A DNA stretch of 64,000 nt from an uncultured Spirochaetota bacterium (GCA_963827275.1 CAWHAA010000006.1:224001-288000), one strand, 5' to 3'; shown: positions 10,454 to 21,129, numbered from the stretch's first letter. Notes: a model not told the origin generated them from the letters alone. Numbers and translations are program-made.

Positions 10454-11104
10454 ATGACATTAGATGAAGCGATAGAACAAAAAAAGAGGATCAAGATTCT
10501 CGCCTATTCCGTCAGCGATTATGTGGAACATCGCATGAAGGAGGTACTGGAACTCATATTTAAAAAATATGACAGGCCGGACCTGGTGCCACCGGTATAT
10601 ACCTGTCTCAAGGAACTCCTCATTAATGCCGTAAAAGCCAACTTCAAAAACATATATTTCGAAGGATATACCCCGAAAAATGATTCTGAAAGCATTATAG
10701 ACTACGAACTTGCCCTTAAGCTGTTCAAACTTGAGCTCAGTCGTGAAAATGCACACCACCTCGAACGGCTTGCCAGAAAACTGGACATGAGGGCAGAAGT
10801 GACTATCCAGCATGAGGATAATTGCCTGAATATCACGGTAACGAACCCCGTCGGCATGACCGAGCGCGAAAAAAACAACGTTGAATACAAGCTCGCCTGC
10901 GCCAGCAGGTACAACGATATATCGGAATATTTCGCCGAAAACGAGGATGATGTCAACACCGATGTCGATGAGGGCGCGGGGCTTGGCATAATATTGATAT
11001 CAATGATGCTTAAAAATATGGGCGCATCCAGCCAGGATTTCAGGATAACATCCGAAGACCGCAGGACAACTGCCAGCCTGAAAGTGCCGATCATGCCCGG
11101 GTAA
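10454..11104 (+). CDS. Stand-alone histidine-kinase-like ATPase (HATPase/RsbW/SiaB-like)
   Basis: N-box LKELLINAVKAN and G2-like EGAGLGIILI; no phospho-acceptor domain. Confidence 0.55.
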   Translation: MTLDEAIEQKKRIKILAYSVSDYVEHRMKEVLELIFKKYDRPDLVPPVYTCLKELLINAVKANFKNIYFEGYTPKNDSESIIDYELALKLFKLELSRENAHHLERLARKLDMRAEVTIQHEDNCLNITVTNPVGMTEREKNNVEYKLACASRYNDISEYFAENEDDVNTDVDEGAGLGIILISMMLKNMGASSQDFRITSEDRRTTASLKVPIMPG

Positions 11105-11204
11105 TCTATTACAAATATTTATGGATTTTTTTCAAAAAATCCTTGTCTTTTTTTAATCCAGGAAATTTATATTATCATTCTTATTCAATCAAAGAAGGAA
11201 TCGA

Positions 11205-11756
11205 ATGGTACCAAATAAACTTTTTCTAACCAAGGGTGTCGGCGTACACAAGAACAAGCTTTCCTCGTTTGAGCTTGCACTACGAAATGCCGGTATTGAA
11301 AAATGCAATCTCGTGTATGTTTCCAGCATCCTTCCGCCAAAATGCAAAATAGTGCCAAAAAAGGAAGGCGTTAAACTGCTCCGTCCGGGCCAGATCACCT
11401 ATTGCGTAATGGCCCGCAACGAAACATGCGAGCCCAACCGGCTCATTTCGGCGGCAATCGGCATTGCGATGCCGCGCGATCTGCAGAATTACGGGTACCT
11501 TTCAGAACACCACTCCTTCGGCGAGGTGGCGAAAATCTCGGGTGATTTCGCCGAGGACCTCGCAGCAACGATGCTCGCGTCAACACTCGGATTACCCTTT
11601 GATTCAGACCAGGCCTGGGACGAACGAAAACAGGTATACCGTGCAAGCGGGCACATTTTCAAGACCAGAAATATCTGCCAGTCATCTGAAGGTAATAAGA
11701 ACGGGCTCTGGACAACCGTGGTTGCTGCCGCAGTCCTTTTAATCGAAGAATGCTGA
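11205..11756 (+). CDS. pdaD: Pyruvoyl-dependent arginine decarboxylase
   Basis: [25 protein letters not shown] (self-cleavage SS), [16 protein letters not shown]. Confidence 0.92.
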   Translation: MVPNKLFLTKGVGVHKNKLSSFELALRNAGIEKCNLVYVSSILPPKCKIVPKKEGVKLLRPGQITYCVMARNETCEPNRLISAAIGIAMPRDLQNYGYLSEHHSFGEVAKISGDFAEDLAATMLASTLGLPFDSDQAWDERKQVYRASGHIFKTRNICQSSEGNKNGLWTTVVAAAVLLIEEC

Positions 11757-11803
11757 ACATGGCCGGCATGATTGGCAGTGGACGATACAGTACCAGAAAC
11801 AGT

Positions 11804-12835
11804 CTAAAACATCGAACCCACAGCGTTCTTGCCTTTATCCTTAATGCTGAACATGGCCTTGTCGGCAGCTGAAAGCAGGCGTGTCAGGTTTGACGCGTCT
11901 TCCGGATACGCCGCAACCCCGAAGCTCGCGCTCAGGCTCGCATAAATCCCCTTGTTGCTGAGATATTTTGTCTTATTCATGAGCGAACGGATATCCTCTG
12001 CCTTCTGTATTCCCTGTTTTTTGTTACAGCCGGGAAGCACAATGACAAATTCATCGCCGCCGTAGCTTACCCCGAAGGCGGGACCCGAAAGCGAGTCTTT
12101 GATTGTCGTTGCCACCTCCTGTATTGCCTGGCTTCCATTGAGGTGCCCGTGGGTATCGACAATTTTTTTAAAGTTGTCAAGGTCCATGAAAATCAGCGCG
12201 AACGGCTTGCCGGACCCCTTGCTTGTCTCAAAAAGCTCCGCGAGGGCCTGGTAAAGGTAGCGCGTATTGAATAAACCGGTCAGATCATCCTTGTTCGCGA
12301 GCGCTTGAATATGCTGGTAGCGGCGGGTATTCTCAACAGCGATCGCGGCGTAATCGGCGAAAAACATCATGAGTGAAAGCGCCTTGTTGTTTGTCTTGTG
12401 CGGATTGATCGCTTCAATTACACCGATGGTCTGGCTCCCGAATATGAGGGGAACGCAGAGGACTGATTTTGTCAGCTTTCCTGAAATACGGTCTATCTGG
12501 TCATTGAAATAGGGGCACGTGCTGACGTCCGGAACCACCAGGGGTTGCTGGGAAACGGCCACCTGGCCGGCGATGCCCTGGCCGGACTTGATGCGGATGT
12601 CCTTCACCTCTTCCATGTTAAGGTCGATGCTCAGCTTGAACCGCAGTTCTTTAGTGTCGCTGTCATATAAAAGTATGGACCAGGTATCTGCCTGAATTAT
12701 TTCAGACAATTTCCTGAGGATCGAGCCATAGAGCCTGTTCGGATCGAGTTCCGATGTCAGGGCCTTGCCAAGGTCCATAAGGGAGCGCAGTTCACGGCGC
12801 GAAAGGTGCATTTCGCCATACATGGGTTGCTCCAT
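11804..12835 (-). CDS. GAF-GGDEF diguanylate cyclase
   Basis: GAF (GQGIAGQVA, SVLCVPL); DDLTGLFN, DLDNFK, YGGDEF. Confidence 0.9.
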   Translation of the reverse strand: MEQPMYGEMHLSRRELRSLMDLGKALTSELDPNRLYGSILRKLSEIIQADTWSILLYDSDTKELRFKLSIDLNMEEVKDIRIKSGQGIAGQVAVSQQPLVVPDVSTCPYFNDQIDRISGKLTKSVLCVPLIFGSQTIGVIEAINPHKTNNKALSLMMFFADYAAIAVENTRRYQHIQALANKDDLTGLFNTRYLYQALAELFETSKGSGKPFALIFMDLDNFKKIVDTHGHLNGSQAIQEVATTIKDSLSGPAFGVSYGGDEFVIVLPGCNKKQGIQKAEDIRSLMNKTKYLSNKGIYASLSASFGVAAYPEDASNLTRLLSAADKAMFSIKDKGKNAVGSMF

Positions 12836-13017
12836 TGGGGCAATCGGGCCGGGAACGAGGCAGCGGGGCTTATTAGAGCGTCCGTCATGTGTCCCGATTC
12901 TCCCCTTATTTGATACTGTCGTTTCTATCAGTTCAAAAATCAGGAGAGATTTTTACAAGAACTTTTTCAGTATAATTGAGGAACTGGTGCAAATACGGCT
13001 TATTTTTCGCAGGCGGT

Positions 13018-13725
13018 CTACTCCGGGTTCCGCGCCGAAACAAAGGAGAGTGAAACTGCTCCGAGAAGGAGACCCGCCACGAAACCAAGCGCGTGAGCAA
13101 GATAGCTTACATGGGGGTCAAAGGCCGACGGGAACATCATGACGAGCGAAAACCCGAGCGCCCTGAATATGCGCACCGGCACTGAATGGTCGGTTTCATA
13201 TCTTATATAAAAAACGAGCCATAACGCCACCATGCCGTACGCCATACCGGAAGCGCCGATCAGCCTGACTTCCGGCCGATAGATCAACACCGTGGCAAGG
13301 TTGGCTATCATCCCGGCAGTGAAGGAGAGGAACGGGAACGCGATTGCGCCGAAATACGCCTTCAGCATCCACCCGAACACCAGGAATATGAGCGCGTTTG
13401 CCAGGAGGTGGCCCGGATCGGCGTGGGCGAAGAGCGAGGTGGCGATCCGCCAGAATTCGTGGCGGTTGATCAGCGCATCGCCGCTGAGCCAGAGGAGATC
13501 ACCTTCGGGAGAGCCCTGGAACACGACGGTTGCGATATAAAACATGATGAACGCCAGCACTGCCGGTATCGCGTGGCGCATTGAAGGGAAATGCGCCAGC
13601 GGCCCGGGCTGACGCGGCGGCTCCTCGCGAAAGTCTTCCGGGTCGGGGGCCCAGTCATTTTCATTTTCCCCCCGGAAAACGTCTTTTAAGCGGTTATCCT
13701 GTTCGTTGTCGGCGGTCACCGGCAT
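13018..13725 (-). CDS. Rhomboid family intramembrane serine protease
   Basis: WR..TS.FAH...HL..N, GASG, SYLAHALG. Confidence 0.9.
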   Translation of the reverse strand: MPVTADNEQDNRLKDVFRGENENDWAPDPEDFREEPPRQPGPLAHFPSMRHAIPAVLAFIMFYIATVVFQGSPEGDLLWLSGDALINRHEFWRIATSLFAHADPGHLLANALIFLVFGWMLKAYFGAIAFPFLSFTAGMIANLATVLIYRPEVRLIGASGMAYGMVALWLVFYIRYETDHSVPVRIFRALGFSLVMMFPSAFDPHVSYLAHALGFVAGLLLGAVSLSFVSARNPE

Positions 13726-13740
13726 GCTCCTGCTCTGGTG

Positions 13741-14076
13741 TCAGGGCGCGACAACGTAATCATCGCGTATCGGGTGCCAGGCATCGACGGCGATCGTGAA
13801 GGCATCCATAACGCGGCCGCTGTGGAGAACGTTTGAGGGGACAATGGCGACGTCCCCCTTGTGCATGACCCTCGTTGAGCCGTTTACGGTCAGCTCAAGG
13901 GAGCCTTCCACGACAAGGCTTATCTGCTCGTGATCGTGCCGGTGCTCCGGCAGTATCGAACCCGGCTCCATCTCGACCCAGGTGATCATGACATTCGAAA
14001 GGTGCGCTTCTTTGAAGAGAAAGCCGGGCAGCCGGCTGACTCCCTTTTTTGTTTTAAATGAGTCGAAATAATCCAT
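13741..14076 (-). CDS. Cupin domain protein
   Basis: PEHRHDHEQ..V.EG and PSNVLH motifs. Confidence 0.88.
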   Translation of the reverse strand: MDYFDSFKTKKGVSRLPGFLFKEAHLSNVMITWVEMEPGSILPEHRHDHEQISLVVEGSLELTVNGSTRVMHKGDVAIVPSNVLHSGRVMDAFTIAVDAWHPIRDDYVVAP

Positions 14077-14169
14077 ACGGGGGCTCCTTTCCGTTTAATA
14101 ATGGTTTTTTCATACTATTCGAAGCAGGATGATTTGACAAATACAAAATATAATTAAAATAATGTCCAC

Positions 14170-14793
14170 ATGGCATCAAGTGAGAATCAGCTCCGGCAAC
14201 TGCGCACAGAGGTTGAAACGTGCCGCAAGTGCAGGCTCTGCGAGACAAGGACCAGCGTGGTCTTCGGTGAAGGGGACCCGGACGCCGAAATCATGTTCAT
14301 AGGGGAGGGACCGGGCAGACAGGAGGACCTCACGGGAAGGCCCTTCGTTGGACGCGCCGGCGATCTGCTCACCAGGATAATCGAGCTGGGCATGGGAGTG
14401 CCCCGTGCGCGCGTGTATATCGCGAACCTCGTGAAGTGCAGGCCGACCGTGGACATGAAGATGGAACGCGACAGGCCGCCTGACCAGGACGAGCTTCTGT
14501 CATGTTCACCATACCTGGCCAGGCAGGTTGAACTGATCCGGCCCGCCGTCATCGTCGCGCTGGGAAGCCCGTCGGCAAAATTCCTGTTGGATACTGCTTC
14601 AGGCATCACCAAAATCCGGGGGAAATGGGGGGAGTACTGCGGCATCCCCGTGATGCCGACCTACCACCCGAGCTACCTGCTCAGGAACGGCGGCGAATCG
14701 AGCCCCCTCAGGCGTGATGTATGGCATGATATAAAAAAGGCAATGGACAGGCTCGGATGGCCGGTTCCGCCATCTAAAAGAGGAGGGAAATAA
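14170..14793 (+). CDS. Uracil-DNA glycosylase family 4 (Fe-S)
   Basis: CRKCRL, GEGPG..ED..GRPFVG.AG, NLVKCRP, TYHPSYLLR. Confidence 0.93.
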   Translation: MASSENQLRQLRTEVETCRKCRLCETRTSVVFGEGDPDAEIMFIGEGPGRQEDLTGRPFVGRAGDLLTRIIELGMGVPRARVYIANLVKCRPTVDMKMERDRPPDQDELLSCSPYLARQVELIRPAVIVALGSPSAKFLLDTASGITKIRGKWGEYCGIPVMPTYHPSYLLRNGGESSPLRRDVWHDIKKAMDRLGWPVPPSKRGGK

Positions 14794-15461
14794 TGAAAGT
14801 ATGCGACGGCGTGTACGCCTATGTCTGGAAGGGCCATTTTGTCAATAATGCGAACATGTTCTGCTTCGGGGAGCCGCTCAATATCTTGTTCGATCCGGGT
14901 TTGAAGGACTATCTTGATGTTCGTTTCGAGGAAATGAAGCGCGACGGTCTTGATCCGGCGTCTATCAAGTATGTGATCAACACGCACTCGCATCCCGATC
15001 ATTTTGAAGGTTCAATCAATTATGCCGGCACGAAAGTCCCGATCGGCATGCATGAAGAGGAAATCTCGTTCTACAACAAAATCGGCCCGGCCTTCTTCCA
15101 GATGTTCGGGATGCCGTTCCCGGAAATCGATTTTGAAATTTTCATGAAGGAGGGGGTCTGGGAAGTCGCCGGCACCGGACTCCAGGTCTTCCATACCCCG
15201 GGACACTCGCCGGGTTCGATCTGCATTTACTGGAAAGAGAAAAAAGCACTGGTATGCGGCGACCTTATTTTCGAGCAGAGCGTAGGGAGGGTGGATTTCC
15301 CCGGCGGAGACGGCAAAAAACTGATAGAGAGCATTAAGCGCATGTCGGAGCTGGACATCGAGTACCTGCTGCCGGGCCATATGAACATAATAACCGGCGC
15401 CCGTAATATTAAAAATAATTTTGAGATGATAGAAAAATATTATTTTTCAATGATGGAATGA
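14793..15461 (+). CDS. Metallo-beta-lactamase fold hydrolase (glyoxalase II-like)
   Basis: THSHPDH, TPGHSPG, GDLIF..SVGRVDFPGG, PGH. Confidence 0.9.
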   Translation: MKVCDGVYAYVWKGHFVNNANMFCFGEPLNILFDPGLKDYLDVRFEEMKRDGLDPASIKYVINTHSHPDHFEGSINYAGTKVPIGMHEEEISFYNKIGPAFFQMFGMPFPEIDFEIFMKEGVWEVAGTGLQVFHTPGHSPGSICIYWKEKKALVCGDLIFEQSVGRVDFPGGDGKKLIESIKRMSELDIEYLLPGHMNIITGARNIKNNFEMIEKYYFSMME

Positions 15462-15649
15462 TGCAACCGCAGCAGGGAACGTCAACCGGCCATCAATTTT
15501 CCGGCAATCCCGGAAAATTGTCACATGGAAATAATAATAATTATTCTCAAAAGATATTTATTGGGAACCTGGACCGCGTTAGTCGGGTCTTATTCCTGAT
15601 AAAAGGACGGTTTCATGGTCGGTATTTTTTTGTAAAACAGCGCAAAAAA

Positions 15650-15667
15650 AAACTGACATGTCAGTTT
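15650..15667. promoter_or_regulatory. Perfect 18-bp palindrome, candidate repressor operator
   Basis: AAACTGACATGTCAGTTT, 5 bp upstream of TTGACA (15673-15678), before the START-domain gene. Confidence 0.55.
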
Positions 15668-15815
15668 AATACTTGACAGGTGAATTTACGTCGTTTTATC
15701 TACTTTTCTATTAAATTCAACCCGCGATAGACGCTATATGGCGGGTTGATACGATAATCAATCCGACAGTAAAATATTGATTATCAAAAAATAAATATCT
15801 TCCGGGGAGGTTTAT

Positions 15816-16526
15816 ATGTTTAAAAGGATTTCTGTTCTCATCGCGGCATTATTCGTATTCATCGCCGTTACCGGCAACAACGTTGAGGCCGCTAAACAGT
15901 ATCAATGGAAAGCCGAAGGATCAAATGAAGGGTGCCAGGTATTTACCAGTACGGTGCCGGGAAAACCGTATATTGCGGCCAAAGCAATACGCATCATTCC
16001 CGCAAAAATGGACGAGATCGGGATGGTTTTACGGGACATTGAAAATTACAAAAAGTGGATGAAGGACTGCACGAACACAAAAATTCTTAAAGTCGTCAGT
16101 GAACAGAATGATACGTTTATACTCTGGTTCCACCAGCATGTTCCGCTCTTGACGGACCGCGACATGGTGCTCAAATCAAATGTCACTCTTAACTACAGGA
16201 ATGGTAAGAGCCAGATATACGCCGAGTCCACGAAGGAAATGAATTACGATTCGGGCAAGAAGCTTGTCCGCATGCCTTCTTTCAGCTCCGATTTCCTGCT
16301 CGAGTGGGTGGACCGCGATCATACAAAGGTCACGTTTATCATTGACCCCGACCTCGACAAGGGCGTGCCGGTCGGGATAGCGAATGCGACGATCAAGGGG
16401 ATCCCGGCGAAGTCTCTGGCAGGCCTTGCCAAAATGGTCAAGGACAAGAAATATGTTGAAGGCGCTAAAACATCCAAGTACAACAAGATGATCAACGATT
16501 CGATCAGGCAGGGCTACCTGAAATAA
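15816..16526 (+). CDS. Secreted START-domain (lipid-binding) protein
   Basis: Signal peptide; DIENYKKWMKDC, PLLTDRDMV, terminal DPD..VP...N pattern; RBS GGAGG. Confidence 0.8.
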   Translation: MFKRISVLIAALFVFIAVTGNNVEAAKQYQWKAEGSNEGCQVFTSTVPGKPYIAAKAIRIIPAKMDEIGMVLRDIENYKKWMKDCTNTKILKVVSEQNDTFILWFHQHVPLLTDRDMVLKSNVTLNYRNGKSQIYAESTKEMNYDSGKKLVRMPSFSSDFLLEWVDRDHTKVTFIIDPDLDKGVPVGIANATIKGIPAKSLAGLAKMVKDKKYVEGAKTSKYNKMINDSIRQGYLK

Positions 16527-16546
16527 ACGACGGCACAGAGAAACTC

Positions 16547-16587
16547 AAACGCCCACGCTATACCGAAAAAAAGCGTGGGCGTTTTTA
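16547..16587 (+). terminator. Intrinsic terminator between convergent genes
   Basis: AAACGCCCACGCT-loop-AGCGTGGGCGTTTTT. Confidence 0.8.
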
Positions 16588-16640
16588 TCTGTGCTGGTCC
16601 TGGCCGCAGCCGGCAATATGGCCGGCGGGGCGCCAATCGT

Positions 16641-17712
16641 TCAATAGGGTGTGACCATTTCCCTGATCGTCCCCGATTCAACCGCTTCAAAAAATTCTTC
16701 GCCGAGTATTTTCGCGCCGTCGACCGCCTTTTTCCAGTATGACAAACGCTCGTCATCATGCCCGTAAAATTTCATGAAATCGTTCCGGTCGGGTATTTTC
16801 CCGTAGGGGAGTGCATCAATAAAAGGGTGTGACGGGCACACAATGAGGACATTCCGCATATTGTATTTTCCCGCCCTGCGCCATCCGAGGTGCTTGTCCA
16901 GCCATCCGGGGATGACAGAACCGGTATAATGGGGATACAGCACGATGCGGTCGGGGTCAGGATCGAAAGGAACATCCATGTGGTAATCAATCATCCCCCC
17001 GTCACGGTACACGCCGCTGGGCGCTCCGGGGATATCCTCCACACCGTTCATTACGAGCGGAATCGAGCCTGAAGCCATGATGGCCGGCTTCAGGTTGTCA
17101 GGCCCGAGAGGCACGCGGTGCGACGTGAAGCGCTTCATGCCCATGAATGGCGGCAGCTCCCGGGGGTCATGAAAAAGCGTTCGTTCAAAAAAAAGGCCCA
17201 TGGCGCGTCGGGTAGCGAAATTGCCTATGGTCGCCAGGGCCATTCCTGCCGCGAGAGCCGGGCGCGTCCGTGACGTAAATAGGTTCCTGGATCTGACGGC
17301 GAGCATGCTTAGCCGGATAAAGGGATGGGTGAGTATCTGCGAGACTGGTGTCATCGTTGACGTACCCGTCAAGTATCTTCCAGCTGGCGGTTGAAACCTC
17401 GTCCGTTGTCGGAAACCTTGAATAGCGCTGGTCGAGATAGAGCGCCTCAAACGCATCGATGGCCAGTTCCGGGTCCGCCTGGGAAAGGGCGGCAAAACGC
17501 CATGAGCCTATCGAAGAGCCCAGCAAGAAAAGGGGCTGTTTCCTGTTTCTGAAATATTTCCCGAAGAGCACCCGGTCAATGCCGCCAAGCACAAGCCACT
17601 TGGGCCCGCCGGCAGCGCCGGGAATGACGCGTACCCGGTCAAGGTTCAGTCCTTCGTCCCGTATAATCTCAATTGCGCGGTCGCCTGCTATGAATGAAAT
17701 GTTTTTTAACAT
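16641..17712 (-). CDS. Patatin-like phospholipase family protein; +1 frameshift near 17347
   Basis: GAAGGPKW and GSSIG in ORF 17185..17712; ASGSIP and YRDGG in ORF 16641..17495. Confidence 0.85.
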
Positions 17713-17891
17713 GGGGCCTCCGTTGCTTATTCAGAAAATCAATTTTGTACGATTGTCAATGAATTAATTAACTCCGGGGAAACCGGGTGCAGACAGTTAG
17801 TTTATATTGACTTTTTTTCAACGATGGATAGTATTGCACTACCAGGGGCGTCATAGCCAATGGCCATGAATCCATGCAACGGGGACCCCGG

Positions 17892-19125
17892 ATGCTGCAG
17901 CTCTATAACACAATGACCCGCTCCAAGGAAGCTCTTCAGACCGCGGGACAAAAAACAGGTAACCATTTTTACCTGCGGGCCCTCGGTATACCGAAGGCCC
18001 CATATCGGCAATTACCGGACGTTCATTTATGAGGATATCCTCGTCAAATACCTTGAGTACAAGGGGTACCGCGTCAAACGCGCGCTGCCCCTGACCGACA
18101 TTGAGGACAAAACGATCCTTGAAGCGATAAAGAAAAATAAAAAAATCGATGAAATAACCGGAAGCGTTGAAAAAATATTTTTTTCCGAGGCCAGGTCACT
18201 CAATATTCGCCTCCCCGACAAAACAGATCGGGCCTCTGAATGCATTGAACCGGCAGCGCTTATCATACAGAAACTCATGGATGACGGTCACGCGTACCGA
18301 TATAAAGGGGACATTTTCTTCGATCCTCTCACATACGATGGTTTCGGTAAATTGTACCGTCTGGACACCAGGCGGTGGCCGAAAAAAAAGGTACGGTTCA
18401 AGCGGGACACCTACAACGGCAACCGCTGGAACCTGGGCGACTTCATCCTCTGGCATGGCTACCGCGATGGGGACATCTCGTGGTGGGACACCATCATAGG
18501 GAAGGGGCGCCCTTCGTGGAACATACAGGACCCCGCAGTGGCGGTCCGGCGCCTCGGCGGAGCGATCGACATTAATTGCGGCGGCATAGATAACATGTAC
18601 CGGCACCATGACTACAACATAGCGATCATCGAATCATACACCGGCAAAACCTACGCGAACTACTACCTGCACGGTGAGCACCTCGTTGTCGACGGCAAAC
18701 CGATGTCGAAGAGCAGGGGGAACATCCTGTACCCCGCCGATATTTACTGCGGCGGATGCACCGCGCGCGACCTGCGCTTTTTCCTTTTTTACGGACACTA
18801 CCGCGCCAGGCTCAATTTTACCAGGGACCGCTTTAAAAGAACGTGCGCCATGATTGGAGAGTTCCGGGCGCGCGCGCGGCAACTCGTCAGGCACCCGGGT
18901 TCAACGGGAAAACAGGACCGCCGGGTGATATCCCTCGTACGCCGGCTCGGGCGGGAATTTGAACGCTCGATGGATGACGACCTGAACACCGGGGCGGCGT
19001 TCGATGCAATGAGCGGCGTTTTAAAGGAACTGCAGACGCTGCGCAGTTTCATGACGCCGGGGGACGCTCGCGACCTTGCGTCAATGCTGAAGCGCATCGA
19101 TACGGTATTGGGAGCGATAGGATAA
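17892..19125 (+). CDS. Cysteinyl-tRNA synthetase-like protein (non-canonical paralog); +1 frameshift near 17930
   Basis: MLQLYNTMTRSKE / FRP..TCGPSVYRRPHIGNYRT, TDIEDK, DFILW, GRPSW, PMSKSRGN, HYR, MDDDLNT; ends right after the DALR helix bundle. Confidence 0.85.
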
Positions 19126-19130
19126 CGACT

Positions 19131-20018
19131 ATGGCCCCCATACTTGAAGTCAGGAATCTGAAAAAATATTACCCGGAAGTAAAGGCGGTAGACGGCGTGA
19201 GCTTCTCTCTCGAACAGGGCACCTGTTTCGGGCTCCTGGGCCCGAACGGCGCCGGGAAGACCACCGCTATCGAGGTCATAGAGGGCATACTCAAGCCGAC
19301 GTACGGCGAGGTTTTTTATAAAGGAAGGCCGCGCGGCGCCACGTTTAAAAACGAGGTGGGGATCCAGTTCCAGAACACCGAGCTGCCGCAGTACCTGACG
19401 GTCAGGGAAACGCTGGTGAACGTTCAGGAACCTCTATGACCGCATGGCGGACATGGCGTACCTTGTCGAGACATGCCGTCTCGGATGAGATCCTCGATCG
19501 CGACAACCGCAAGATATCCGGCGGCCAGCGGCAGCGGCTCCTCCTCGCCATGGCGCTCTCGAACGACCCGGAGCTCATATTCCTTGACGAGCCGACCACC
19601 GGCCTTGACCCGCAGGCGCGCCGCCACCTGTGGGACATCGTCCACGGCATAAAGAAAGCGGGGAAAACCCTCGTGCTGACCACCCATTACATGGAGGAAG
19701 CGGAAATCCTGTGCGACATCATCGGCATAATTGATAACGGAAAAATCATCGCCATGGGGACACCCGCCGGCCTCCTGAACGAGCATTGCGGCGGTTCCAC
19801 AATAAGCATACACCTTGATCTCGATGATGCAACACTCGGGAATTTCCCGTGCAGGTATTTCCGTAAAGTAGGACCGGGTTGAAATACAGACCGATTCGCC
19901 AAGCGAGTGCCTGTACCGGCTGGTCGAGCTCGGCGTCGACCTCTCCACCCTGAACGTGAGGAAGCAGAACCTGGAAGACCTGTTCCTGAAGCTTACCGGC
20001 CATGAACTCAGGGCATGA
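19131..20018 (+). CDS. ABC-2 type exporter ATP-binding subunit; three +1 frameshifts (~19420, ~19483, ~19870)
   Basis: GPNGAGKTT, ISGGQRQR, FLDEPTTGLDP, TTHYMEEAE; C-terminal NLEDLFLKLTGHELRA ending TGA 20016-20018. Confidence 0.88.
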
Positions 20019-20062
20019 GGCCGTCCGGAAGGCCCGGCTATTGTCTGATACGGAGGGCAGCC

Positions 20063-21097
20063 ATGTTTAAAAGGATACTGTCGCTTTTCAAGGCGCGCAA
20101 CCTCGAGTTCTTCAGGGACCGTTCCGCGTTTGCGTGGAACATACTGTTCCCGCTGCTCGTGATAGTGGGCTTTAGCGTCGTTTTCGGCGATGACCGCCAG
20201 GTCCTTTACAAGGTGGGCCTGGTCAAGCAGGGCCCGGTTGCCAATGCCGCGCATGATCCGCAGTTGAATAATTTCATGAGGACGAAATACGTCGAGTTCG
20301 TTCCGTTCAGCTCGGAAGAGCAGGCCGTTGTCACACTGCTCCATCACCGTATCGATCTCGTCGTAAATCCTGACAAAAAGACATTCTGGACCAGCAAGAC
20401 CTCCCCGAAGGGATACATCGCGGAACGCCTCCTGATTTCAAGTGCCGAGACGCGGCACACCGGCTTCAGGAAGGAGACCGTCTCCGGCACGGAGATACCC
20501 TATATCGAATGGCTGTTCCCCGGCATCCTGGGAATGAACATGATGTTCAGCGCGCTGTTCGGCGTCGGGTATGTCGTGGTGACATACAGGAAGAACGGGG
20601 TGCTGAAGCGCATGAGCGTGACCCCCCTGCGGCCATGGGAGTTCATCACCTCCCAGATCCTTTCGCGCATGTACCTTATCATGATAACGACTGTCGTTGT
20701 TTTTATCGGCTGCAAGCTCCTCTACGGATTCAGCGTCCGGGGCTCCTACCTGTCGCTCCTGCTCGTGGTGTGTCTCGGCGGGTTCAGCATGATCTCGCTT
20801 GCGCTCGTGGTCGCTTCGCGGAGCAGCAGCGAGGAATTTGCCGGCGGCATCCTCAATCTCATCACATGGCCGATGATGTTCCTGTCGGAGGTTTGGTTTT
20901 CTCTTGAAGGGGCGGAGCCCTGGGTGCGGAGCGTCTCCCGTTTCTTTCCGCTCACACACCTCATAGAGGCATCGCGCAAAATCATGAACGACGGCGCGGG
21001 CCTCGGGGACGTGGGCATCAATATTGCCGTACTCACGGCAATGTCGCTGCTGTTCATTGTCTCGGGGTCGCTGCTGTTCACGTGGCAGAAAAAATAA
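20063..21097 (+). CDS. ABC-2 type exporter permease
   Basis: EFFRDR..F.W..LFP, YIEWLFPGILGM, GVLKR..TPL, PLTH; RBS GGAGG before ATG 20063. Confidence 0.9.
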   Translation: MFKRILSLFKARNLEFFRDRSAFAWNILFPLLVIVGFSVVFGDDRQVLYKVGLVKQGPVANAAHDPQLNNFMRTKYVEFVPFSSEEQAVVTLLHHRIDLVVNPDKKTFWTSKTSPKGYIAERLLISSAETRHTGFRKETVSGTEIPYIEWLFPGILGMNMMFSALFGVGYVVVTYRKNGVLKRMSVTPLRPWEFITSQILSRMYLIMITTVVVFIGCKLLYGFSVRGSYLSLLLVVCLGGFSMISLALVVASRSSSEEFAGGILNLITWPMMFLSEVWFSLEGAEPWVRSVSRFFPLTHLIEASRKIMNDGAGLGDVGINIAVLTAMSLLFIVSGSLLFTWQKK

Positions 21098-21129
21098 CCG
21101 CCCGATGTGCGGTACCGATGGAGGGCACC

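Noticed and set aside
19436..19490. TGA codons in the ABC ATPase as possible selenocysteine or readthrough sites
   Set aside because: Homology continues in a different frame, so these are frameshifts, not in-frame stops.
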